This document shows, piece after piece, positions 38,798-49,289 of a stretch of DNA of 64,000 bases. The notes below the pieces were generated by a model. The model was not told where the DNA came from, did not search any database, and worked only from the letters and a program-made list of their open reading frames with translations. The position numbers and the translations under genes were made by a program. This DNA is from Promethearchaeota archaeon. Its GTDB lineage: Archaea > Asgardarchaeota > Hermodarchaeia > Hermodarchaeales > Hermodarchaeaceae. The stretch is from NCBI GenBank assembly GCA_048938385.1, contig JBHLMG010000010.1, forward strand, positions 28,774-92,773, read 5' to 3'. Numbering within the stretch: the first letter of the stretch is position 1; every line of letters starts with the position of its first letter.

Positions 38798-39724
38798 TTA
38801 GCCTTCCCTTTCTTTGATGTAGGGGACTCCGATCGACTTTGGCGGAATGGATCGTCTAATGATGCCCAAGGCAACGATGACGCTGATATATGGGATCATC
38901 GCGATAAACTGTACATAAGGTGCAAGGTAGGAGAATTCGGGAAGCACATCAATTGATCCTTGGAGGGAGCTCAGGAAGCCAAAAAACAATCCTGATAAGA
39001 CCACTCCAAGGGGATTCCAGTTCCCGAAGATAAGTGCTGCCAAGGCGATGAAGCCACGCCCACCTGTCATGAGTTCAACGAATCGGCTACCAAACCCGAT
39101 AGATAGATGAGCCCCTCCAAGAGCTGCAAGGACGCCGCTGAGGAATACGCCAATAAGGCGTGTAGTTTGGACATTCACTCCTGCGGTATCAAGAGCACTA
39201 GGATCTTCACCTGCTGCTCTAAGGCGTAATCCAAACGGGGTTCGGTACAAGACATACCAACTGATGGGCAACATTAGGAACATGAGCACAATAAGTGGAG
39301 AGATTTTTCCTAACCAAGGCAGAGTCACTCTTGGCAATTGGGTGACGCTGGGAGTGATGCCGCGAATTCCCCAGATGCCATACACCATGAATGATGTAAA
39401 TCCTGAGGCAAAAAGGATAATGCCAGCACCGCTGACAATTTGGTTGCCTCGTAATTGTACTGAGATTAGTCCATGAATAAGACCGAGAATACCTCCTGAT
39501 ACCATGGCACTTAACAAGCCTATCCAAGGATTGCCAGAAAACCAAGTTCCAACTACTGCCATGAAAGCGCCCATGAGCATCATACCCTCTAACCCGATAT
39601 TAACGACACCAGATCGCTCTGAGAACATACCACCTAAAGCAGCAAGGACTAACGGTGTGGAGAATTGCAATGTAGTGTTAATGAACCAAATGATTACCAA
39701 AGGATTCAGGAAAGAGCTCTGCAT
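38798..39724 (-). CDS. Nucleoside ABC transporter permease
   Basis: SERSGVVNIGLEG, GLRLRAAGE, GRGFIALAALIFG. Confidence 0.9.
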   Translation of the reverse strand: MQSSFLNPLVIIWFINTTLQFSTPLVLAALGGMFSERSGVVNIGLEGMMLMGAFMAVVGTWFSGNPWIGLLSAMVSGGILGLIHGLISVQLRGNQIVSGAGIILFASGFTSFMVYGIWGIRGITPSVTQLPRVTLPWLGKISPLIVLMFLMLPISWYVLYRTPFGLRLRAAGEDPSALDTAGVNVQTTRLIGVFLSGVLAALGGAHLSIGFGSRFVELMTGGRGFIALAALIFGNWNPLGVVLSGLFFGFLSSLQGSIDVLPEFSYLAPYVQFIAMIPYISVIVALGIIRRSIPPKSIGVPYIKEREG

Positions 39725-41202
39725 TATGAGACACCTCCAATAAGGACCCTCTTCTTTAGTACGAGAAAGCTAGATATGAGAGATAGAAGAACTCCAATCA
39801 GTCCTAGAATTGTGAGTGGAATCGTCAAAGTCCCCTTTGGGAAAACTACAGTCAAAAAGGCTAGGATAATCCACGCGATGGATGTTATGAGGGCGGTTAT
39901 GAATCCTCCTCTTCTCTTCATGAGGATGGCAATGAATGACCAAAGGGCTAAGATTCCAATTCCAAGCATCTGGGCTGTGAATACCAGGTCGCTTCTGATG
40001 TTAGCGAAACCGATACCAAAGCCAATAAAGGCACCAATTAAGACGATTATTGCCGTGAGAAAGAGGGGGATAGCGTTTTTCGGTTCCTTGACTATCCATT
40101 TGGCGTACGAAACATTCTCTTTTGCAAGCCATTTGATAATCTTAGGAGCAGCAACGAACAAGACAACCAGGCCTTGAATGATATTTACCATTTCAACTGG
40201 AACACCTGCTAATGTCTGCATAGCAACGGCTCCAGCACGAAGAAACCCAAAGAAAACTGCTGCAAATATGACTCCAAAGGGATTGTTAAGCCCTAACACA
40301 GCAACAGTGATTCCATCAAACCCGATTCCCCCAGACCATCCGATTATAAAACGTCGGTACTGTCCGAGTATTTCTGCAGCTCCAGCTAATCCTGATAATG
40401 CACCACTCATAACCAAAGATAAGACAATTAATTTCTTTGAATTTATACCAGCGGCTTCAGCAGCAGTGGGATTTTGTCCGACAGCCCGCATTTCATAACC
40501 AGACACGGTTCGACCTAGGAAGAAGTAAATGAAAATCGCAGCTATAATGGAAATGAAAATACCTGCATGGAGAACGGGAGAGCCAAACACATTAGGAAGC
40601 ACCGCAGAAGGAAGAATTGTCATGGTCTGTGGAAAAGGCGTTCCAGGTTCTCTCAGTGGTCCACTAACCAAGAATTCAGTCAGTAAGATCGCCACAAAAC
40701 TAAGCATCATTGTAGAAACAACTTCATGAGTACCACGATACGCCTTTAACAGACCGGGAATCATACCCCAAAAAGCGCCGCAGAGTGTTCCGATAGCTAG
40801 GCAGATGAATGGATGTATGATGATGGGAAAGAAGAGATAGATTCCAAGAATAGTGGCCACCATTGAGCCTATATACAATTGACCCTCTGCCCCAATATTA
40901 AAAAGTCCAGCTTTGAACGCTAATGCGACTGAAAGGCCGGTAAGAATGAGAGGAGTAGCCCATGAAAAAATCAGGTCAGGTGCCGACAAGGCACCCTCCA
41001 GAAGAGCGGAATAAGCTAGGAGAGGATTACTACCTGTCGCTATCATGATAAGTGCAGCAACAAGCAAAGCGAGAAAAATGGAACCAAGCGCCCAACCGAG
41101 TTCAGTAAGAATCCGCCAGAAAATCCTTTCAAAAGCGCCTTCCCCCTCATCTTTAGCATCTTGTGCGAGCTTGGTTCCAATTTCTTTTTGATCTTCTTTC
41201 AT
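39724..41202 (-). CDS. Nucleoside ABC transporter permease with extra C-terminal TMs
   Basis: FNIGAEGQ, HEVVSTMML, GYEMRAVG, GFDGITVAVLG. Confidence 0.9.
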   Translation of the reverse strand: MKEDQKEIGTKLAQDAKDEGEGAFERIFWRILTELGWALGSIFLALLVAALIMIATGSNPLLAYSALLEGALSAPDLIFSWATPLILTGLSVALAFKAGLFNIGAEGQLYIGSMVATILGIYLFFPIIIHPFICLAIGTLCGAFWGMIPGLLKAYRGTHEVVSTMMLSFVAILLTEFLVSGPLREPGTPFPQTMTILPSAVLPNVFGSPVLHAGIFISIIAAIFIYFFLGRTVSGYEMRAVGQNPTAAEAAGINSKKLIVLSLVMSGALSGLAGAAEILGQYRRFIIGWSGGIGFDGITVAVLGLNNPFGVIFAAVFFGFLRAGAVAMQTLAGVPVEMVNIIQGLVVLFVAAPKIIKWLAKENVSYAKWIVKEPKNAIPLFLTAIIVLIGAFIGFGIGFANIRSDLVFTAQMLGIGILALWSFIAILMKRRGGFITALITSIAWIILAFLTVVFPKGTLTIPLTILGLIGVLLSLISSFLVLKKRVLIGGVS

Positions 41203-41213
41203 CTCCGTGACTC

Positions 41214-42866
41214 CTAAGTTGTTTGTTCAAGCTGAGATCCAGCCATTAACAGCCCAAGTTCCCGTTCATCAGTTTCATCAGGTTCTTTGACAGCCACTAT
41301 ACGACCTTCGAAGATGACAGCGATTCGATCAGCCACATTACGGATTTCATCAAGGTCCGCTGAAACGAGTAAAATTGCCACGCCTTTATCACGCATCTCA
41401 ATGAGTAGGCGATGAATGTATTCGGTTGCACCTACATCTAATCCTCGGGTCGGGTGAGAGGCGATAAGAAATTTTGGTTGGAAGGCAAGAGCTCTAGCTA
41501 CAATGATTTTTTGTTGATTACCACCTGATAGAGTGTTCGCTAACGAGTCAAGATCTCTAATCTTAATCGCGAAATCTTTTACTAATTGATTTGAATCATT
41601 GGCTATTCGCTGGGGATTCAATAAGAAATGAAGAGGCCCCATTGAGTAGGGAGGTCGATAATGAGCACCCAGAATCATGTTTTCCTTTATCGAAAAATCT
41701 AAGATAAGACCTCGTTTATGCCGATCTTGGGGAATGTACCCTATACCATGTTCACGGATTTTTCGTGGATGAAATCGTTTGATACGCTGCCCCTCAAATA
41801 AAATTCGTCCTTTGAGTGGTTTTCGAAGCCCCCATAGGGTTTCGACTAGCTCTAATTGCCCATTACCTTCGACACCAGCTAACCCAAGGATTTCACCTGC
41901 GTGTATTTCCAAATCAATATCCTTAATGACTTCAAATCCTCGATCGTCTTTTACATGGAGGTTTTCAATTGTAAGGACTGGTTGACCAGGCGTTGCCTTA
42001 GTTTTTGAGACCCGAAACACGACTGGACGACCAACCATCATCTCAGCAAGCTTTGATTGAGTTGTCTCGTCTTTTTCGACCGTGCCTACGAGGCGTCCAT
42101 CACGCAACACGGTAATTCGGTCACAAAGTGCCATGGGTTCCCGAAGCTTGTGTGTAATGAGAATAATGGTTTTTCCTGCTTCTCGTAAACGAGTTAAAGT
42201 TTCAAACAGCTCATCGACTTCTTGCGGAGTTAACACTGCAGTCGGCTCGTCAAGAATGAGAATGTCTGCTTCACGATACAAAACCTTGATGATTTCCACT
42301 CGTTGCTGCATCCCCACAGAGAGTTCCTGAACTTTCACATTAGGATCAACGAAGAGCGCGTTTTCTTCCGCGATTTCTTTGATTTTCACTTTTGCCTTCC
42401 TGTAATTCACCGGAGTAACTCTATCCATGGACCCAGTGAATAATCTCGCAATACTGCGAGAGAATTTGCTTACATCGCCTCTGAAACCAGAGGGGATGTC
42501 AGCTTGGATAACCCGTTTTTCGAAGCGGCTCTCCCAATTGGTAAAGAGTGGTTCAGCACCCAAAACAACATTTTCAGTCACTGTAAAAGTAGGAATGAGT
42601 TTGAAATGTTGATGAACCATTCCAATTCCCAAACTGATAGCATCACTAGGTGAATGGAAATCCACCTCTGCACCTCTAATCTTAATCGTCCCAGCATCCC
42701 TTGAAATCAGCCCATAGAGGACATTCATCAGCGTGGTTTTTCCGGCTCCATTCTCACCAAGAAGGCCATGAACTTCCCCCTCTTTAATTCGAAGAGTGAT
42801 ATCCCGATTGGCTTCGACGCCTCCTGGGAAAGTCTTGCTGATGTTTTCAAGTTCTATGGCGTAAAT
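41214..42866 (-). CDS. Nucleoside ABC transporter ATPase (CUT2 type), probable ATT start
   Basis: Walker A GENGAGKT lies upstream of the first in-frame ATG (42728); ATT at 42866 is 7 nt after AGGAGGT; LSVG, DEPT, LSGGNQQK. Confidence 0.85.
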   Translation of the reverse strand: MYAIELENISKTFPGGVEANRDITLRIKEGEVHGLLGENGAGKTTLMNVLYGLISRDAGTIKIRGAEVDFHSPSDAISLGIGMVHQHFKLIPTFTVTENVVLGAEPLFTNWESRFEKRVIQADIPSGFRGDVSKFSRSIARLFTGSMDRVTPVNYRKAKVKIKEIAEENALFVDPNVKVQELSVGMQQRVEIIKVLYREADILILDEPTAVLTPQEVDELFETLTRLREAGKTIILITHKLREPMALCDRITVLRDGRLVGTVEKDETTQSKLAEMMVGRPVVFRVSKTKATPGQPVLTIENLHVKDDRGFEVIKDIDLEIHAGEILGLAGVEGNGQLELVETLWGLRKPLKGRILFEGQRIKRFHPRKIREHGIGYIPQDRHKRGLILDFSIKENMILGAHYRPPYSMGPLHFLLNPQRIANDSNQLVKDFAIKIRDLDSLANTLSGGNQQKIIVARALAFQPKFLIASHPTRGLDVGATEYIHRLLIEMRDKGVAILLVSADLDEIRNVADRIAVIFEGRIVAVKEPDETDERELGLLMAGSQLEQTT

Positions 42867-42980
42867 CCTTGTGACCTCCTTGTTCTGGAATAATTCAAGG
42901 ATGCATTATTGCTAGAAGTGTCGGGTTTAAGTTGTATTTAATCTCAATGATTATTCCGAACAAACTTTTAAAAAAAATGT

Positions 42981-43009
42981 GAAGAGGGCCACAAAAAAAT
43001 GGCCCTTTC
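42981..43009 (-). terminator. Hairpin plus U-tract after the BMP gene
   Basis: Minus GAAAGGGCCA..TGGCCCTCTTC then ACATTTTTTTT. Confidence 0.5.
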
Positions 43010-43015
43010 GAAGAA

Positions 43016-44131
43016 CTAAAGCCACCCAAAGTCTGTCGGGACAACTATGGTTCCATTAATGACGGCTGTTGCTAGGTCGGCCATCAAGTCTTGTTCTGGC
43101 ACTGTGATCTTGTAAGGTGGTGCGAGGAGATCGTTTTGGAGTTCCCATCCAATACCGCCGTCTTCAAGTTCGAAGATTTGTAGACCACCTGTGAAGTTAT
43201 TAAAGATGGAAGCAGCGAGGATGGTTCGGTATACGACATAGTCGACTTTCTTGAGCATCGATGTTAGCATTGTGGTGTAGGTACCACCAGAAGGAACGCC
43301 AAGATACATCTGTGGCTTATCGACACCGATAGACCAGCAATCGTAGGCGAGAGTTCCATTTTTGGCGATGGCAGCATCAAACACTCCAATGCTTGATCCA
43401 CCAGCCGCGGCAAAGCATATGTCTGCACCCGCGTCGTAATGTAGCTCCGCTTGAGATTGCCCGGTTGCTGGATCATCCCAAGCACCAACATAACTGAAGA
43501 GGTAATTGGTATGATGGGTAGCATTCACACCAATATTCGGATTCGTATAGTTAGCACCAAAGGCATACCCAGCAGCAAACTTGTGGATAAGTGGTTCGTC
43601 TTTTCCACCAACAAAAGCAACTGTATCCTGGGTAGTTCGCAAACCAGCGAGTGCACCGACAAGGAAGGCGCCTTGTTCTTCGTTAAAGCACAGCGCCGCA
43701 ATGTTAGGATATGTGGTGTGGTTGATCCAGTTAATATCGATTACACAGAAGTCTTGATCTGGGTACTCACCTGCAACTGTGGTTATCGGATCAAACACTT
43801 CATAGCCTACACCGATAATGAGATCGTAAGGTGTAGAATAGCCTATGTGCATTGCGTACTGTCTGAACAATGGTAGGAAATCAGAAAGCGCTTGCGGTTC
43901 TGAGTATGTGAAATTCACATTGTAATTTGTTTTCGCTAGATCTGCTGCATCAAAGGTCAGGTCGTTGAATCCGAGGTCACCGAGACCCCCTAACCCGAAG
44001 ACAATAGCCACTTGGAAAGGATTCTCCGGTGGGGGAGGCCGTAGGAATAACCACCAGTATGCGGCACCACCGCCGACACCGCCGACGATAATGACAAGTG
44101 CAACAATCGCATAAACTGTTGTTCGTTTCAT
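43016..44131 (-). CDS. BMP-family nucleoside-binding protein
   Basis: GGLGDLGFN, EEQGAFLVG, FAAAGG, IGVD, TSMLKKVD; N-terminal TM from ATG 44131. Confidence 0.9.
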   Translation of the reverse strand: MKRTTVYAIVALVIIVGGVGGGAAYWWLFLRPPPPENPFQVAIVFGLGGLGDLGFNDLTFDAADLAKTNYNVNFTYSEPQALSDFLPLFRQYAMHIGYSTPYDLIIGVGYEVFDPITTVAGEYPDQDFCVIDINWINHTTYPNIAALCFNEEQGAFLVGALAGLRTTQDTVAFVGGKDEPLIHKFAAGYAFGANYTNPNIGVNATHHTNYLFSYVGAWDDPATGQSQAELHYDAGADICFAAAGGSSIGVFDAAIAKNGTLAYDCWSIGVDKPQMYLGVPSGGTYTTMLTSMLKKVDYVVYRTILAASIFNNFTGGLQIFELEDGGIGWELQNDLLAPPYKITVPEQDLMADLATAVINGTIVVPTDFGWL

Positions 44132-44408
44132 TTTTTGGCTCCTCCATATTTCTCCATGGTATTTCGCATGAAGGCAACAGAGCATTCCTGTTAAGAAACG
44201 AAGATGTATAAAAATATAGATTACTTGGAAACCCACAGAATTTTCACTCAGCGTCATTGTAGGAGGGATTGATTGTTCGACACATGTCGATGAGAAAGTC
44301 GCGTGTGTTGCATTTGGTTTGCACGAAGATATTTTACTAATGATCTCAGCAAAACACGATTCGTTAATTCGGGAAGACATTAATTCTCAAAAAACAAGAG
44401 CTCTGTGT

Positions 44409-45116
44409 ATGAACAAGCTCACCGAGATGAAGACGAAAATATTTGCAGTTGAAGTCTTGCAGCTGCTGAAACATGATCACTCGTACAAGCAACTTTCGAA
44501 ATTAACTAGATTGCCTGTCCAGGTGTTAAGTCGATATGTTAACGGTCATGTTCTACCGAATTATAATCGATCCAAAGAAATCATTCAATTGTTTACAGAC
44601 CGATTTCTAATCGAGTTGCTTAAGACAAAGATTCGCACCGATAGTGCAGGGGGTTTAGCAGGTGTTGAAATTCGATCTGACCCAGTGCTACTCGATAAAG
44701 TGGCCAAAGCCGTGTTTCAGGAATTTAACTTCATGAAAATCGGTAAGGTGTTAACGAGAGAGACTGGGGGCATTTTTCTTGCCGTCCCTATTGGTAAGGA
44801 ATTTGGGGTAAAGGTTGTCGTTGCAAGAAAAGAAAAAGAGATGGGTGTTAGCGAGTTTGATGAGGTAAGGATGTTCGATGAATCGGGGAAATATTCCTAT
44901 CTGTACATTCCAGCGAATTCAATAAAGAAACGGGAAAATATTTTGATTGTCGATGATTTCGTCAGGTCAGGGAAATCCGTAGAAGCTTTGATGCATCTTT
45001 GTGAGAGGAGAGGGGCAGTAGTGAGCGGAGTCTTTGCTTTAGCTTCGGCTAAAACACCGGAACCTAAGATGAAGCGCAGAGTTAAAGGTCCAATATTATT
45101 TTACATGAAGCTGTAA
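44409..45116 (+). CDS. HTH + phosphoribosyltransferase-domain protein (archaeal PurR-like regulator)
   Basis: SYKQLSKLTRLPVQVLSRYVNGHVLP HTH; ARKEK; LIVDDFVRSG PRPP loop. Confidence 0.82.
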   Translation: MNKLTEMKTKIFAVEVLQLLKHDHSYKQLSKLTRLPVQVLSRYVNGHVLPNYNRSKEIIQLFTDRFLIELLKTKIRTDSAGGLAGVEIRSDPVLLDKVAKAVFQEFNFMKIGKVLTRETGGIFLAVPIGKEFGVKVVVARKEKEMGVSEFDEVRMFDESGKYSYLYIPANSIKKRENILIVDDFVRSGKSVEALMHLCERRGAVVSGVFALASAKTPEPKMKRRVKGPILFYMKL

Positions 45117-45131
45117 CAGTTCCTTGTTAAT

Positions 45132-45149
45132 TATACATGTTTATGTATA
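45132..45149. promoter_or_regulatory. Palindrome upstream of the second nucleoside ABC operon
   Basis: TATACAT-GTTT-ATGTATA. Confidence 0.4.
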
Positions 45150-45244
45150 TTACAGTTAAATACCCGGGAAGTATCTCCTTCAAACGCGTATAACCTGTTC
45201 ATGTTCTCCCACCAGTAGTTGAAGAATATGAACAACTAACGTGA

Positions 45245-46480
45245 ATGGCAATGTCAGAAAAAGTTAGTTTTAAATTCACGCCAATGACGGCTGCGATCGT
45301 TGGATTAGTCATCGGCATACTTGCGACTGGCGCGGTTGCCTATGCCGTCTGGGGAGTTCCATATGTAACAAACCCAGGAACACAACTTGGGACATTGAAA
45401 GCGGGCTTCATTTATGTTGGGCCTATTGGCGACTATGGCTGGAGCCATGCGCATGAACAAGGACGCTTGTATATCGAAGGCAAATACCCTTGGTTAACGA
45501 CAGTGTATTTAGAGTCGGTGGCAGAAGAGGATTGTGAAACAGCGATTGATTACCTTATCCAAACCCAAGGGTGTGATGTCGTCTTCACAACATCTTTTGG
45601 GTTCATGGATGCAACTATTGCAGCGGGAGCAAAATACCCAGACAAAATTTTCTTCCACTGCTCTGGATATCTTCGAAGCGCAAATGTGGGCACCTACTTT
45701 GCGGATTTCTATCAGCTGTATTACCTTAACGGGTTAATGGCAGGCGCCTTGACTATGAACGGGAAAATTGGTTATGTGGCAGCTTTTCCATTACCTGAGT
45801 TAATTCGTCATATCAACGCCTATCACCTTGGAGCTCAAGAAGTCAACGCTACCGTTGAGACACATGTTCGATGGCTACTCACAGACTGGTACGATCCTGT
45901 CGCAGCAAGAACAGCGGCCGAAAACCTAATTGCAGCGGGTTGCGATATACTCGCTTACACTGAAGACTCAACTGCGGTACTTGATGTCGCAGAAGAAAAT
46001 CCTGGTGTTTATGCTTTTAGCCACTACTCTCCCATGCAATCCTTTGCACCCACCAGTTGTATTAGTGGTCAACTTGTCCGTTGGGACCTAATGTACGAAG
46101 ATATCATACAAAAGATCTACCTCGGTCAATACACTAGCACTAATTTGGTAAATGTCGATCTTCACTGGTTACTTCAGGAAGGTGGTGTGGAACTCGGTGG
46201 CGAGTTTGGCGTCCCAATCAATCCGTTGTTCGAAGCCGACCTTAGAGCCATCATGACAACAGATACCAAGACCGGCCTTGGTTCAATAAGCGTCTATGAT
46301 TTGGTTTTCAATCGGACTGAACAAATGAGTGATGTCAACATCATATTTGATCCATATACTGGTGAAATCAGAGACCAAGCGGATACTGTTATGATCGCTG
46401 ATGGTGTCCGTGCCTCATACTACTATCTCCTAACAATTGATTGGTTCGTCCTCGGTGTCATCGGAGATCCATCACCATAA
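45245..46480 (+). CDS. BMP-family nucleoside/purine-binding protein
   Basis: GFIYVGPIGDYGWSHAH, TTSFGFMD, IGYVAAFP.PE, WYDP. Confidence 0.9.
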   Translation: MAMSEKVSFKFTPMTAAIVGLVIGILATGAVAYAVWGVPYVTNPGTQLGTLKAGFIYVGPIGDYGWSHAHEQGRLYIEGKYPWLTTVYLESVAEEDCETAIDYLIQTQGCDVVFTTSFGFMDATIAAGAKYPDKIFFHCSGYLRSANVGTYFADFYQLYYLNGLMAGALTMNGKIGYVAAFPLPELIRHINAYHLGAQEVNATVETHVRWLLTDWYDPVAARTAAENLIAAGCDILAYTEDSTAVLDVAEENPGVYAFSHYSPMQSFAPTSCISGQLVRWDLMYEDIIQKIYLGQYTSTNLVNVDLHWLLQEGGVELGGEFGVPINPLFEADLRAIMTTDTKTGLGSISVYDLVFNRTEQMSDVNIIFDPYTGEIRDQADTVMIADGVRASYYYLLTIDWFVLGVIGDPSP

Positions 46481-46483
46481 ATT

Positions 46484-46520
46484 GGAGGGGAGAACCCCTC
46501 CTCCCACTCCTTTTTTATTT
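46484..46520 (+). terminator. Hairpin plus U-tract after the BMP gene
   Basis: GGAGGGG-AGAA-CCCCTCC then TTTTTTATTT. Confidence 0.5.
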
Positions 46521-46590
46521 CAAGAGCGATACTCTTCTTCAAAATGACGGCTCCTCTTCTGTAAACCTGTTGAGTCGGAAGGTTAGAATT

Positions 46591-48204
46591 ATGCCAGTGG
46601 CGTTAGAAGTCCGGAACATTTGCAAAACCTATCTTGAAGATGCTGAAACTGAGATCCACGCTAATGATAACATAAGTTTCGCTTTACACCAGGGAGAAAT
46701 CCATGCGCTTTTAGGCGAGAATGGAGCCGGAAAAACCACTTTAGTAAAGATCCTTGGTGGCTTGATTAAACCAGATTCTGGGCAAATTCGACTTTATGAT
46801 CAACTTGCATCTTTTAAGAATCCAAAGGAAGCCTTGGACCATAAAATCGGTATAGCACATCAAGATCTCTCACAAGCACTAGTTGAAAGACACACTGTTG
46901 CTGAAAATATCCTATATCTAGCGAAAGGTGCACTTCTCTCAACTAGGATGCAAGAAGCGCTTGTCCGTGAAGCCTTAGAAAAGTACCAGTTAGGAAAATT
47001 AGATCCACATGTAAAGGTGTGGAAACTGTCTGGAGGAGAAAAACAACGGGTTGAAATTCTAAAATCGCTTATTTCCAACCCAGATATTATCATTTTAGAT
47101 GAACCTACATCGATGTTAACGCCTCCCGAGGTAGAGGATCTTTTCAAATTGCTGCGAGGGCTGAAAAACGAAGGTAAGGCAATAATCATCATTACACATA
47201 TTCTGGAAGAAGCTATTCAGCTGAGTGACCGAATCACCGTCCTTCGGCAGGGAGCGGTTGTAGCTTCACTAGACAAGAAAGATGTGAAAAACTTAAGGAA
47301 GGATCTGACTCAAGGTTCGAAGACGCTAGCCAGGCTAATGGTTGGACGGGAGGTTCTATACCATTTAGATAGAAAACCCATGAAACCCGGTAATACTATT
47401 CTTGAAGTGAAGGAACTCTGTGTAAAAAACGACATGGGGATTCAAGCTGTTAAAAATGTGAGCTTTTCTGTTAAGGAGAAGGCAATCTTGGGTATCGCTG
47501 GCATCACAGGAAATGGCCAACGCGAACTTGTGGAAGGCATTCTTAACCTACGAAAAATTGAATCAGGAAAAGTCCTTATACACGATGTGAATGTCACGCG
47601 AAAAACAATTAAACAGATTAGAAACCTGGGGGTTTCATATCTTCCAGAAAATCGCTTTAAAGCCCTTGTATTAGATTTAAGTGTAAGAGAGAATCTAATC
47701 CTCAATAGATATGAGAAGAAATCAAAGAAACCTCGACCTCACACCTTAAAGGATATCCCTCACTTTTTTACCAACGGATGGAAGAAACAGTTTATTGACC
47801 AAACATTCATTGCAAATAAAACTGATGAATTGATCGAAAAGTTTCGTATTGAAACCCCTTCAGCCTCTACACCTCTTCAATACCTATCAGGAGGAAATAA
47901 ACAAAAAACTGTCGTAGCAAGAGAGTTGTCCCAAGAACCCCCTGTAGATGCACAGTTACTCCTCATTATTGAAAATCCAACCTCTGGGTTGGATGTAGCT
48001 ACAACTCAGTTTGTTCGTCAACAGCTCCTTAATATGAGAGAAGCAGGTTCAGCTATTTTACTAGTCTCCAGTGATTTGACTGAAATCCTTGCGCTCTGTG
48101 ATGAAATCGCTGTCATGTTCAAAGGAGAAATTGTGGGAACTTCGAAGGCAAAAGATGCCACTAGGGAACGGCTTGGCTTGATGATGGGAGGGGTTGTTCG
48201 TTGA
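46591..48204 (+). CDS. Nucleoside ABC transporter ATPase (CUT2 type)
   Basis: GENGAGKT, LSGGEKQ, DEPT, LSGGNKQK; start ATG 46591. Confidence 0.9.
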   Translation: MPVALEVRNICKTYLEDAETEIHANDNISFALHQGEIHALLGENGAGKTTLVKILGGLIKPDSGQIRLYDQLASFKNPKEALDHKIGIAHQDLSQALVERHTVAENILYLAKGALLSTRMQEALVREALEKYQLGKLDPHVKVWKLSGGEKQRVEILKSLISNPDIIILDEPTSMLTPPEVEDLFKLLRGLKNEGKAIIIITHILEEAIQLSDRITVLRQGAVVASLDKKDVKNLRKDLTQGSKTLARLMVGREVLYHLDRKPMKPGNTILEVKELCVKNDMGIQAVKNVSFSVKEKAILGIAGITGNGQRELVEGILNLRKIESGKVLIHDVNVTRKTIKQIRNLGVSYLPENRFKALVLDLSVRENLILNRYEKKSKKPRPHTLKDIPHFFTNGWKKQFIDQTFIANKTDELIEKFRIETPSASTPLQYLSGGNKQKTVVARELSQEPPVDAQLLLIIENPTSGLDVATTQFVRQQLLNMREAGSAILLVSSDLTEILALCDEIAVMFKGEIVGTSKAKDATRERLGLMMGGVVR

Positions 48205-49289
48205 GACTTGGGAAATATGAAGTATTATTGAAAAAACGAACAACACTCCTCACTCGTTGGGAGGCTATTCAACTTCGAATTCTTTTCTTAGTCTTTGGAC
48301 TTGCTGTAATTGGAATAATCTTTGCGGCTTATGGTGTCAATCCAGTTCTCGTGTATATCGATATTTTTCGATTAGCGTATTTTACAACTTTTGGTCTTGC
48401 TGAGACAGTTACACGATTCATCCCTTTACTACTCATTGCCATTGGTTTATCCATCCCCTTTCGTGTGAAAATTGATAATATCGGTGCTGAAGGTCAATTT
48501 ATCATTGGAGCCGTTGCAGCAACAGGAACTGCATTCTTTTTTTGGTACCTTCATCCATTCCTCCTTATCTCACTCATGTTTCTCATCGGGGCAATCGCTG
48601 GAGGACTATGGGCCCTCCCCATTGCCCTCTTTCGGTCCCGAGGAGGGTTCAAGGGAGCTGATGTGGTGATTAGCTTTCTGCTGGTATATCCTGCTTTTTT
48701 CATTTTAGAATATCTCGTAATAGGCCCTTGGAGAGATCCAGTTGGGTATGGATTTCCTCAAACACCCATCCTCCCTCCTAACTCATACATTCCTATTTTT
48801 GTCATTCTGGGTTTTGCTTTAGCCATTACCTTCTTCATCTATTATTTTCTCGGTAAAAGTAAGTATGGCGTTTCAAAAACTAAGTTTGGTTACGAGCTAG
48901 ATGTCCTTGGGAAAAATCCTGAAGCGGGGCGGGTTGCTGGGATGAGTTTTCTGAAAATCGCAGTTATCACCGTTCTTATTTCAGGGGCTTTAGCGGGAAT
49001 AGCTGGTGTTAGTGAAGTGGCAGGTAACCAATTCCGTTTACGGATTGGTTTTCCAAGTGGATATGGATTTTCAGCAATTGCTGTAGCTTGGTTAGGAATG
49101 TTGAATCCTCTCGGAATTATGCTTAGTAGTCTCTTCTTCGCAGGTCTATTAGTTGGAGGATTAGCTATTCAAATCTCAGCCGGTCTTCCTGCCACAACAA
49201 TGAGTTTGTTTAACGGGGTTATTCTGCTTTTCGTGTTATTAGCTGAATTCTTCACACGATATCGACTTGAATTGAGGGTCTACAGATGA
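48201..49289 (+). CDS. Nucleoside ABC transporter permease
   Basis: NIGAEGQ, FGYEL, GYGFSAIAVAWLG. Confidence 0.88.
   Translation: MRLGKYEVLLKKRTTLLTRWEAIQLRILFLVFGLAVIGIIFAAYGVNPVLVYIDIFRLAYFTTFGLAETVTRFIPLLLIAIGLSIPFRVKIDNIGAEGQFIIGAVAATGTAFFFWYLHPFLLISLMFLIGAIAGGLWALPIALFRSRGGFKGADVVISFLLVYPAFFILEYLVIGPWRDPVGYGFPQTPILPPNSYIPIFVILGFALAITFFIYYFLGKSKYGVSKTKFGYELDVLGKNPEAGRVAGMSFLKIAVITVLISGALAGIAGVSEVAGNQFRLRIGFPSGYGFSAIAVAWLGMLNPLGIMLSSLFFAGLLVGGLAIQISAGLPATTMSLFNGVILLFVLLAEFFTRYRLELRVYR

Noticed and set aside
41214-42866. Calling the ABC ATPase a 5'-truncated pseudogene
   Set aside because: The reading frame, Walker A and RBS are intact; only the start codon is atypical
44132-44408. Long N-terminal extensions of the BMP (to 44380) and regulator (from 44319) ORFs
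   Set aside because: They overlap head-to-head and precede the natural family N-termini; treated as a divergent promoter region
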